From NCBI GenBank assembly GCA_002189035.1, contig NEEC01000007.1, forward strand, positions 3,596,001 through 3,660,000: 64,000 nucleotides of DNA, read 5' to 3'. The stretch is from Utricularia gibba. Lineage: Eukaryota; Plantae; Magnoliophyta. A program made the position numbers and the translations under genes. Of this stretch, positions 1-10,799 are shown one piece after another. A model generated the notes under the pieces. That model was given only the letters and a program-made list of their open reading frames with translations, made no database searches and had not been told where the DNA came from. Each line of letters opens with the position of its first letter. Positions within the stretch are counted from its first letter, which is position 1.

Positions 1-2921
1 CGGCAAAAAACTTGATGCATTTATTAACGGTTGGTTTTAATAGGCTGCCTCAATGGTTTTCTCAAGGAAAAGCTTGTCGTTTTTGGGCGGGTGATGTCGT
101 TGTGAACTTCGTTCTGACCCAAGGTTCGGTCTGTCTCCTTTGCCAATCTGGTCCTACTCGACGAAAATCGTGATGCAGTTATTGAAGTTAGGATTTCATG
201 AGCACCCAAAATGCTTTTGTCAATCGCATGCTTTGTAGTTGAGGAGGCGCTCTAGTGGGGCACGGTATCGGGCAAAAGGTCGAGTCGGGCTCGCTCCAGA
301 GTCATTTTTAGCCTGTCAAAAAAAGTGATGCATTTATTAACGTTGGGTTTTAATAGGCTGCCTACATGGTTTCTCAAGGAAAAGCTTGTCGTTTCTGGGC
401 GGGTGATGTCTTTTGGAACTTCGTTCTGACCATAGGTTCGGTCTGACTCCTTTGCCACATCGGTCCTACTCGACGAAAATCGTGATGCAGTTATTGAAGT
501 TAGGATTTCATGAGCACCCAAAATGGTTTTCTCAACCGCATGCTTTATATTTGATAAGGCACTCTCGTGGGGCAACGGTATCGAGCAGGAGGTCGAGTCG
601 AGCTCGGGCCCAGAGTCATTTGTAGCCCGGCAAAAAAATTGATGCATTTATTAACGTTGGTTTTATTAGGCTGCCTACATGTTTTCAAGGAAAAGCTTGT
701 CGTTTTGGGCGGGTGATGTCTTTTGGAACTTCGTTCTGACCAAGGTTCGGTCTGACTCCTTTGCCAATCGGGTCCTACTCGACGAAAATCGTGATGCAGT
801 TATTGAAGTTAGGATTTCATGAGCACCCAAAATGGTTTTCTCAACCGCATGCTTTATATTTGATAAGGTGCTCTCGTGGGGCAACGGTATCGAGTAGGAG
901 GTCGAGTCGAGCTCGGGCCATAGTCATTTGTAGCTCGGCAAAAAACTTGATGCATTTATTAACGGTTGGTTTTAATAGGCTGCCTCAATGGTTTTCTCAA
1001 GGAAAAGCTTGTCGTTTTTGGGCGGGTGATGTCGTTGTGAACTTCGTTCTGACCAAGGTTCGGTCTGACTCCTTTGCCAAATCTGGTCCTACTCGACGAA
1101 AATCGTGATGCAGTTATTGAAGTTAGGATTTCATGAGCACCCAAAATGCTTTTGTCAATCGCATGCTTTGTAGTTGAGGAGGCGCTCTAGTGGGGCACGG
1201 TATCGGCAAAAGGTCGAGTCGGGCTCGCTCCCAGAGTCATTTTTAGCCTGTCAAAAAAGTGATGCATTTATTAACGTTGGGTTTTAATAGGCTGCCTACA
1301 TGGTTTCTCAAGGAAAAGCTTGTCGTTTCTGGGCGGGTGATGTCTTTTGGAACTTCGTTCTGACCATAGGTTCGGTCTGACTCCTTTGCCACATCGGGTC
1401 CTACTCGACGAAAATCGTGATGCAGTTATTGAAGTTAGGATTTCATGAGCACCCAAAATGGTTTTCTCAACCGCATGCTTTATATTTGATAAGGCTTCTC
1501 GTGGGGCAACGGTATCGAGTAGGAGGTCGAGTCGAGCTCGGGCCCATAGTCATTTGTAGCTCGGCAAAAAACTTGATGCATTTATTAACGGTTGGTTTTA
1601 ATAGGCTGCCTCAATGGTTTTCTCAAGGAAAAGTGGGGCGGGTGATGTCGTTGTGAACTTCGTTCTGACCCTTCGGGTTAGAAAATCGTGATGCAGTTAT
1701 TGAAGTTAGGATTTCATGAGCACCCAAAATGCTTTTGTCAATCGCATGCTTTGTAGTTGAGGAGGCGCTCTAGTGGGGCACGGTATCGGGCAAAAGGTCG
1801 AGTCGGGCTCGCTCCAGAGTCATTTTTAGCCTGTCAAAAAAAGTGATGCATTTATTAACGTTGGGTTTTAAATAGGCTGCCTACATGGTTTCTCAAGGAA
1901 AAGCTTGTCGTTTCTGGCGGGTGATGTCTTTTGGAACTTCGTTCTGACCATAGGTTCGGTCTGACTCCTTTGCCACATCGGGTCCTACTCGACGAAAATC
2001 GTGATGCAGTTATTGAAGTTAGGATTTCATGAGCACCCAAAATGGTTTTCTCAACCGCATGCTTTATATTTGATAAGGTGCTCTCGTGGGGCAACGGTAT
2101 CGAGTAGGAGGTCGAGTCGAGCTCGGGCCCATAGTCATTTGTAGCTCGGCAAAAAATTGATGCATTTATTAACGGTTGGTTTTAATAGGCTGCCTCAATG
2201 GTTTTCTCAAGGAAAAGCTTGTCGTTTTTGGGCGGGTGATGTCGTTGTGAACTTCGTTCTGACCCAAGGTTCGGTCTGTCTCCTTTGCCAATCTGGTCCT
2301 ACTCGACGAAAATCGTGATGCAGTTATTGAAGTTAGGATTTCATGAGCACCCAAAATGCTTTTGTCAATCGCATGCTTTGTAGTTGAGGAGGCGCTCTAG
2401 TGGGGCACGGTATCGGGCAAAAGGTCGAGTCGGGCTCGCTCCCAGAGTCATTTTTAGCCTGTCAAAAAAGTGATGCATTTATTAACGTTGGGTTTTAATA
2501 GGCTGCCTACATGGTTTTCAAGGAAAAGCTTGTCGTTTCTGGGCGGTGATGTCTTTGGAACTTCGTTCTGACCATAGGTTCGGTCTGACTCCTTTGCCAC
2601 ATCGGGTCCTACTCGACGAAAATCGTGATGCAGTTATTGAAGTTAGGATTTCATGAGCACCCAAAATGGTTTTCTCAACCGCATGCTTTATATTTGATAA
2701 GGTGCTCTCGTGGGCAACGGTATCGAGTAGGAGGTCGAGTCGAGCTCGGGCCCATAGTCATTTGTAGCTCGGCAAAAAAATTGATGCATTTATTAACGGT
2801 TGGTTTTAATAGGCTGCCTCAATGGTTTTCTCAAGGAAAAGCTTGTCGTTTTTGGGCGGGTGATGTCGTTGTGAACTTCGTTCTGACCCAAGGTTCGGTC
2901 TGTCTCCTTTGCCAATCTGGT

Positions 2922-3235
2922 CCTACTCGACGAAAATCGTGATGCAGTTATTGAAGTTAGGATTTCATGAGCACCCAAAATGCTTTTGTCAATCGCATGC
3001 TTTGTAGTTGAGGAGGCGCTCTAGTGGGGCACGGTATCGGGCAAAAGGTCGAGTCGGGCTCGCTCCCAGAGTCATTTTTAGCCTGTCAAAAAAAGTGATG
3101 CATTTATTAACGTTGGGTTTTAATAGGCTGCCTACATGGTTTCTCAAGGAAAAGCTTGTCGTTTCTGGGCGGGTGATGTCTTTTGGAACTTCGTTCTGAC
3201 CATAGGTTCGGTCTGACTCCTTTGCCACATCGGGT
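2922..3235 (+). repeat. Representative type-A monomer
   Basis: Diagnostic strings: ATGCTTTTGTCAATCGC, TTTGTAGTTGAGGAGGCGCTCTAGTGGGGCACGG, GGGCAAAAGG, AGCCTGTCAAAAAAAGTG; tail GTCTTTTGG / CCATAGG / GACTCC / CACATCGGG. Confidence 0.92.
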
Positions 3236-3550
3236 CCTACTCGACGAAAATCGTGATGCAGTTATTGAAGTTAGGATTTCATGAGCACCCAAAATGGTTT
3301 TCTCAACCGCATGCTTTATATTTGATAAGGTGCTCTCGTGGGCAACGGTATCGAGTAGGAGGTCGAGTCGAGCTCGGGCCCATAGTCATTTGTAGCTCGG
3401 CAAAAAACTTGATGCATTTATTAACGGTTGGTTTTAATAGGCTGCCTCAATGGTTTTCTCAAGGAAAAGCTTGTCGTTTTTGGGCGGGTGATGTCGTTGT
3501 GAACTTCGTTCTGACCCAAGGTTCGGTCTGTCTCCTTTGCCAAATCTGGT
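3236..3550 (+). repeat. Representative type-B monomer
   Basis: Diagnostic strings: GATAAGGTGCTCTCG, TCGAGTAGGAGG, CCCATAG, AAACTTG, AACGGTTGG, CCTCAATGGTTTTCTC; tail GTCGTTGTG / CCCAAGG / TGTCTCC / ATCTGG. Confidence 0.92.
3294..3449 (+). repeat. Internal subunit H1 (~156-157 bp) of the monomer
   Basis: Starts ATGGTTTTCTCAACCGC and aligns along its length to subunit H2; the ~67-bp block spanning the subunit end matches at 51/67 positions by hand alignment of the two subunit sequences. Confidence 0.85.
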
Positions 3551-3608
3551 CCTACTCGACGAAAATCGTGATGCAGTTATTGAAGTTAGGATTTCATGAG
3601 CACCCAAA
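3450..3608 (+). repeat. Internal subunit H2 (~158-159 bp) of the monomer
   Basis: Starts ATGGTTTTCTCAAGGAAA; shares GGTGxTxTCGTxGxG-AAC, AGGT..GTC...CTC and CTCGxCxAAAAxCxTGATGCAxTTATT with H1. Confidence 0.85.
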
Positions 3609-6052
3609 ATGCTTTTGTCAATCGCATGCTTTGTAGTTGAGGAGGCGCTCTAGTGGGGCACGGTATCGGGCAAAAGGTCGAGTCGGGCTCGCTCCAGAGT
3701 CATTTTTAGCCTGTCAAAAAAAGTGATGCATTTATTAACGTTGGGTTTTAATAGGCTGCCTACATGGTTTCTCAAGGAAAAGCTTGTCGTTTCTGGGCGG
3801 GTGATGTCTTTTGGAACTTCGTTCTGACCATAGGTTCGGTCTGACTCCTTTGCCACATCGGGTCCTACTCGACGAAAATCGTGATGCAGTTATTGAAGTT
3901 AGGATTTCATGAGCACCCAAAATGGTTTTCTCAACCGCATGCTTTATATTTGATAAGGCACTCTCGTGGGGCAACGGTATCGAGCAGGAGGTCGAGTCGA
4001 GCTCGGGCCCAGAGTCATTTGTAGCCGGCAAAAAAATTGATGCATTTATTAACGTTGGTTTATTAGGCTGCCTACATGGTTTCTCAAGGAAAAGCTTGTC
4101 GTTTCTGGGCGGGTGATGTCTTTTGGAACTTCGTTCTGACCATAGGTTCGGTCTGACTCCTTTGCCACATCGGGTCCTACTCGACGAAAATCGTGATGCA
4201 GTTATTGAAGTTAGGATTTCATGAGCACCCAAAATGGTTTTCTCAACCGCATGCTTTATATTTGATAAGGCGCTCTCGTGGGGCAACGGTATCGAGCAGG
4301 AGGTCGAGTCGAGCTCGGGCCCATAGTCATTTGTAGCTCGGCAAAAAACTTGATGCATTTATTAACGTTGGTTTTAATAGGCTGCCTACATGGTTTTCTC
4401 AAGGAAAAGCTTGTCGTTTTTGGGCGGGTGATGTCGTTGTGAACTTCGTTCTGACCAAGGTTCGGTCTGTCCTTTGCCACATCGGGTCCTACTCGACGAA
4501 AATCGTGATGCAGTTATTGAAGTTAGGATTTCATGAGCACCCAAAATGGTTTTCTCAACCGCATGCTTTATATTTGATAAGGTGCTCTCGTGGGGCAACG
4601 GTATCGAGTAGGAGGTCGAGTCGAGCTCGGGCCCATAGTCATTTGTAGCTCGGCAAAAAACTTGATGCATTTATTAACGTTGGTTTTAATAGGCTGCCTC
4701 AATGGTTTTCTCAAGGAAAAGCTTGTCGTTTTTGGGCGGGTGATGTCGTTGTGAACTTCGTTCTGACCCAAGGTTCGGTCTGTCTCCTTTGCCAAATCTG
4801 GTCCTACTCGACGAAAATCGTGATGCAGTTATTGAAGTTAGGATTTCATGAGCACCCAAAATGCTTTTGTCAATCGCATGCTTTGTAGTTGAGGAGGCGC
4901 TCTAGTGGGGCACGGTATCGGGCAAAAGGTCGAGTCGGGCTCGCTCCCAGAGTCATTTTAGCCTGTCAAAAAAAGTGATGCATTTATTAACGTTGGGTTT
5001 TAATAGGCTGCCTACATGGTTTCTCAAGGAAAAGCTTGTCGTTTCTGGGCGGGTGATGTCTTTTGGAACTTCGTTCTGACCATAGGTTCGGTCTGACTCC
5101 TTTGCCACATCGGGTCCTACTCGACGAAAATCGTGATGCAGTTATTGAAGTTAGGATTTCATGAGCACCCAAAATGGTTTTCTCAACCGCATGCTTTATA
5201 TTTGATAAGGTGCTCTCGTGGGGCAACGGTATCGAGTAGGAGGTCGAGTCGAGCTCGGGCCCATAGTCATTTGTAGCTCGGCAAAAAACTTGATGCATTT
5301 ATTAACGGTTGGTTTTAATAGGCTGCCTCAATGGTTTTCTCAAGGAAAAGCTTGTCGTTTTGGGCGGGTGATGTCGTTGTGAACTTCGTTCTGACCCAAG
5401 GTTCGGTCTGTCTCCTTTGCCAATCTGGTCCTACTCGACGAAAATCGTGATGCAGTTATTGAAGTTAGGATTTCATGAGCACCCAAAATGCTTTTGTCAA
5501 TCGCATGCTTTGTAGTTGAGGAGGCGCTCTAGTGGGGCACGGTATCGGGCAAAAGGTCGAGTCGGGCTCGCTCCCAGAGTCATTTTTAGCCTGTCAAAAA
5601 AGTGATGCATTTATTAACGTTGGTTTTAATAGGCTGCCTACATGGTTTCTCAAGGAAAAGCTTGTCGTTTCTGGGCGGGTGATGTCTTTTGGAACTTCGT
5701 TCTGACCATAGGTTCGGTCTGACTCCTTTGCCACATCGGGTCCTACTCGACGAAAATCGTGATGCAGTTATTGAAGTTAGGATCATGAGCACCCAAAATG
5801 GTTTTCTCAACCGCATGCTTTATATTTGATAAGGCACTCTCGTGGGGCAACGGTATCGAGCAGGAGGTCGAGTCGAGCTCGGCCCAGAGTCATTTGTAGC
5901 CCGGCAAAAAAATTGATGCATTTATTAACGTTCGGTTTATTAGGCTGCCTACATAGTTTCTCAAGGAAAAGCTTGTCGTTTCTGGGCGGGTGATGTCTTT
6001 TGGAACTTCGTTCTGACCATAGGTTCGGTCTGACTCCTTTGCCACATCGGGT

Positions 6053-6210
6053 CCTACTCGACGAAAATCGTGATGCAGTTATTGAAGTTAGGATTCGGTC
6101 ATTTAGCACCCAAACATGGTTTCTCAAGGAAAAGCTTGTCGTTTCTGGCGGGTGATGTCTTTGAACTTCGTTCTGACCAAGGTTCGGTCTGACTCCTTTG
6201 CCACATCGGT
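6053..6210 (+). repeat. Half-length (158 bp) monomer lacking subunit H1
   Basis: Anchors at 6053 and 6211. Junction ...AGCACCCAAA-CATGGTTTCTCAAGGAAAAGC joins the end of one H2 directly to the start of the next H2. Confidence 0.8.
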
Positions 6211-9200
6211 CCTACTCGACGAAAATCGTGATGCAGTTATTGAAGTTAGGATTTCATGAGCTCGTGGGGCTCAACCGCATGCTTTATATTTGATAAGGTG
6301 CTCTCGTGGGGCAACGGTATCGTAGGAGGTCGAGTCGAGCTCGGCCCATAGTCATTTGTAGCTCGGCAAAAAACTTGATGCATTTATTAACGGTTGGTTT
6401 TAATAGGCTGCCTCAATGGTTTTCTCAAGGAAAAGCTTGTCGTTTTTGGGCGGGTGATGTCGTTGTGAACTTCGTTCTGACCCAAGGTTCGGTCTGTCTC
6501 CTTTGCCAATCTGGTCCTACTCGACGAAAATCGTGATGCAGTTATTGAAGTTAGGATTTCATGAGCACCCAAAATGTTTTGTCAATCGCATGCTTTGTAG
6601 TTGAGGAGGCGCTCTAGTGGGGCACGGTATCGGGCAAAAGGTCGAGTCGGGCTCGCTCCCAGAGTCATTTTTAGCCTGTCAAAAAAAGTGATGCATTTAT
6701 TAACGTTGGGTTTTAATAGGCTGCCTACATGGTTTCTCAAGGAAAAGCTTGTCGTTTCTGGGCGGGTGATGTCTTTTGGAACTTCGTTCTGACCATAGGT
6801 TCGGTCTGACTCCTTTGCCACATCGGGTCCTACTCGACGAAAATCGTGATGCAGTTATTGAAGTTAGGATTTCATGAGCACCCAAAATGGTTTTCTCAAC
6901 CGCATGCTTTATATTTGATAAGGTGCTCTCGTGGGGCAACGGTATCGAGTAGGAGGTCGAGTCGAGCTCGGCCCATAGTCATTTGTAGCTCGGCAAAAAA
7001 CTTGATGCATTTATTAACGGTTGGTTTTAATAGGCTGCCTCAATGGTTTTCTCAAGGAAAAGCTTGTCGTTTTTGGGCGGGTGATGTCGTTGTGAACTTC
7101 GTTCTGACCAAGGTTCGGTCTGTCTCCTTTGCCAATCTGGTCCTACTCGACGAAAATCGTGATGCAGTTATTGAAGTTAGGATTTCATGAGCACCCAAAA
7201 TGCTTTTGTCAATCGCATGCTTTGTAGTTGAGGAGGCGCTCTAGTGGGGCACGGTATCGGGCAAAAGGTCGAGTCGGCTCGGCTCCCAGAGTCATTTTTA
7301 GCCTGTCAAAAAAAGTGATGCATTTATTAACGTTGGGTTTTAATAGGCTGCCTACATGGTTTCTCAAGGAAAAGCTTGTCGTTTCTGGGCGGGTGATGTC
7401 TTTTGGAACTTCGTTCTGACCATAGGTTCGGTCTGACTCCTTTGCCACATCGGGTCCTACTCGACGAAAATCGTGATGCAGTTATTGAAGTTAGGATTCA
7501 TGAGCACCCAAAATGGTTTTCTCAACCGCATGCTTTATATTTGATAAGGCTCTCGTGGGGCAACGGTATCGAGCAGGAGGTCGAGTCGAGCTCGGGCCCA
7601 GAGTCATTTGTAGCCCGGCAAAAAAATTGATGCATTTATTAACGTTGGTTTTATAGGCTGCCTACATGGTTTCTCAAGGAAAAGCTTGTCGTTTTCTGGG
7701 CGGGTGATGTCTTTTGGAACTTCGTTCTGACCATAGGTTCGGTCTGACTCCTTTGCCACATCGGGTCCTACTCGACGAAAATCGTGATGCAGTTATTGAA
7801 GTTAGGATTTCATGAGCACCCAAAATGGTTTTCTCAACCGCATGCTTTATATTTGATAAGGTGCTCTCGTGGGGCAACGGTATCGAGTAGGAGGTCGAGT
7901 CGAGCTCGGGCCCATAGTCATTTGTAGCTCGGCAAAAAACTTGATGCATTTATTAACGTTTGGTTTTAATAGGCTGCCTCAATGGTTTTCTCAAGGAAAA
8001 GCTTGTCGTTTGCGGGTGATGTCGTTGTGAACTTCGTTCTGACCAAGGTTCGGTCTGACTCCTTTGCCACATCGGGTCCTACTCGACGAAAATCGTGATG
8101 CAGTTATTGAAGTTAGGATTTCATGAGCACCCAAAATGGTTTTTCTCAACCGCATGCTTTATATTTGATAAGGTGCTCTCGTGGGGCAACGGTATCGAGT
8201 AGGAGGTCGAGTCGAGCTCGGCCCATAGTCATTTGTAGCTCGGCAAAAAACTTGATGCATTATTAACGGTTGGTTTTAATAGGCTGCCTCAATGGTTTCT
8301 CAAGGAAAAGCTTGTCGTTTTGGGCGGGTGATGTCGTTTGAACTTCGTTCTGACCCAAGGTTCGGTCTGTCTCCTTTGCCAATCTGGTCCTACTCGACGA
8401 AAATCGTGATGCAGTTATTGAAGTTAGGATTTCATGAGCACCCAAAATGTTTTTGTCAATCGCATGCTTTGTAGTTGAGGAGGCGCTCTAGTGGGGCACG
8501 GTATCGGGCAAAAGGTCGAGTCGAGCTCGCTCCCAGAGTCATTTTTAGCCTGTCAAAAAAAGTGATGCATTTATTAACGTTGGGTTTTAATAGGCTGCCT
8601 ACATGGTTTCTCAAGGAAAAGCTTGTCGTTTCTGGGGGTGATGTCTTTTGGAACTTCGTTCTGACCATAGGTTCGGTCTGACTCCTTTGCCACATCGGGT
8701 CCTACTCGACGAAAATCGTGATGCAGTTATTGAAGTTAGGATTCATGAGCACCCAAAATGGTTTTCTCAACCGCATGCTTTATATTTGATAAGGCACTCT
8801 CGTGGGGCAACGGTATCGAGCAGGAGGTCGAGTCGAGCTCGGGCCAGAGTCATTTGTAGCCCGGCAAAAAAAATTGATGCATTTATTAACGTTGGTTTTA
8901 TAGGCTGCCTACATAGTTTCTCAAGGAAAAGCTTGTCGTTTCTGGGCGGGTGATGTCTTTTGGAACTTCGTTCTGACCATAGGTTCGGTCTGACTCCTTT
9001 GCCACATCGGGTCCTACTCGACGAAAATCGTGATGCAGTTATTGAAGTTAGGATTTCATGAGCACCCAAAATGGTTTTCTCAACCGCATGCTTTATATTT
9101 GATAAGGTGCTCTCGTGGGGCAACGGTATCGAGTAGGAGGTCGAGTCGAGCTCGGGCCCATAGTCATTTGTAGCTCGGCAAAAAACTTGATGCATTATTA

Positions 9201-10799
9201 ACGGTTGGTTTTAATAGGCTGCCTCAATGGTTTCTCAAGGAAAAGCTTGTCGTTTTTGGGCGGGTGATGTCGTTGTGAACTTCGTTCTGACCCAAGGTTC
9301 GGTCTGTCTCCTTTGCCAATCTGGTCCTACTCGACGAAAATCGTGATGCAGTTATTGAAGTTAGGATTTCATGAGCACCCAAAATGTTTTTCAATCGCAT
9401 GCTTTGTAGTTGAGGAGGCGCTCTGGGGCACGGTATCGGCAAAAGGTCGAGTCGAGCTCGCCCAGAGTCATTTTAGCCTGCAAAAAAAGTGATGCATTTA
9501 TTAACGTTGGGTTTTAATAGGCTGCCTACATGGTTTCTCAAGGAAAAGCTTGTCGTTTCTGGGCGGGTGATGTCTTTTGGAACTTCGTTCTGACCATAGG
9601 TTCGGTCTGACTCCTTTGCCACATCGGGTCCTACTCGACGAAAATCGTGATGCAGTTATTGAAGTTAGGATTTCATGAGCACCCAAAATGGTTTTCTCAA
9701 CCGCATGCTTTATATTTGATAAGGCGCTCTCGTGGGGCAACGGTATCGAGCAGGAGGTCGAGTCGAGCTCGGCCCATAGTCATTTGTAGCTCGGCAAAAA
9801 ACTTGATGCATTTATTAACGTTGGTTTTAATAGGCTGCCTCAATGGTTTTCTCAAGGAAAAGCTTGTCGTTTTTGGGCGGGTGATGTCGTTGTGAACTTC
9901 GTTCTGACCAAGGTTCGGTCTGTCTCCTTTGCCAATCGGTCCTACTCGACGAAAATCGTGATGCAGTTATTGAAGTTAGGATTTCATGAGCACCCAAAAT
10001 GCTTTTTCAATCGCATGCTTTGTATTGAGGAGGCGCTCTAGTGGGGCACGGTATCGGGCAAAAGGTCGAGTCGGGCTCGCCCAGAGTCATTTTTAGCCTG
10101 TCAAAAAAGTGATGCATTTATTAACGTTGGTTTTAATAGGCTGCCTACATGGTTTCTCAAGGAAAAGCTTGTCGTTTCTGGGCGGGTGATGTCTTTTGGA
10201 ACTTCGTTCTGACCATAGGTTCGGTCTGACTCCTTTGCCACATCGGGTCCTACTCGACGAAAATCGTGATGCAGTTATTGAAGTTAGGATTCATGAGCAC
10301 CCAAAATGGTTTTCTCAACCGCATGCTTTATATTTGATAAGGCACTCTCGTGGGGCAACGGTATCGAGCAGGAGGTCGAGTCGAGCTCGGGCCCAGAGTC
10401 ATTTGTAGCCGGCAAAAAATTGATGCATTTATTAACGTTGGTTTTAATAGGCTGCCTACATGGTTTCTCAAGGAAAAGCTTGTCGTTTCTGGGCGGGTGA
10501 TGTCTTTTGGAACTTCGTTCTGACCATAGGTTCGGTCTGACTCCTTTGCCACATCGGGTCCTACTCGACGAAAATCGTGATGCAGTTATTGAAGTTAGGA
10601 TTTCATGAGCACCCAAAATGGTTTTCTCAACCGCATGCTTTATATTTGATAAGGCTCTCGTGGGGCAACGGTATCGAGCAGGAGGTCGAGTCGAGCTCGG
10701 CCCAGTCATTTGTAGCCGGCAAAAAAAATTGATGCATTTATTAACGTTGGTTTTAATAGGCTGCCTACATGGTTTCTCAAGGAAAAGCTTGTCGTTTTC

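Larger units (their letters stand above)
774..3863 (+). repeat. Higher-order dimer domain (B-A) x5, period ~626 bp
   Basis: B anchors at 774, 1400, 1984, 2608, 3236 alternate with A anchors at 1088, ~1671, 2298, 2922, 3551. Confidence 0.9.

Noticed and set aside
465-773. Identity with the 312-bp Beta/Patellifolia procumbens satellite pTS4.1
   Set aside because: Length match only, from memory. That family was described as a Sau3AI satellite, whereas GATC occurs here only in sporadic variants. Needs BLASTN.
3188-3204. CENP-B box-like motif at CTTCGTTCTGACCATAG
   Set aside because: Only the TTCG part matches NTTCGNNNNANNCGGGN; the A at position 10 and the CGGG are missing. I saw no full match on either strand.
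3285-3420. Resemblance of CACCCAAAATGGTTTT and GGCAAAAAACT to grass centromeric repeats CentC/CentO
   Set aside because: Short, low-complexity matches recalled from memory, and their spacing does not appear to agree; homology cannot be claimed without alignment.
3236-3550. Cluster of 6-bp palindromes (GCATGC, GAGCTC, GGGCCC, ATGCAT, AAGCTT, TCATGA)
   Set aside because: About 5 are expected by chance per 312 bp (312/64); six is unremarkable.
7767-8388. B-B and A-A neighbours (7767/8078; 17433/17731) as a distinct HOR class
   Set aside because: Single occurrences with hybrid tails; better explained by loss of one monomer or consensus error.
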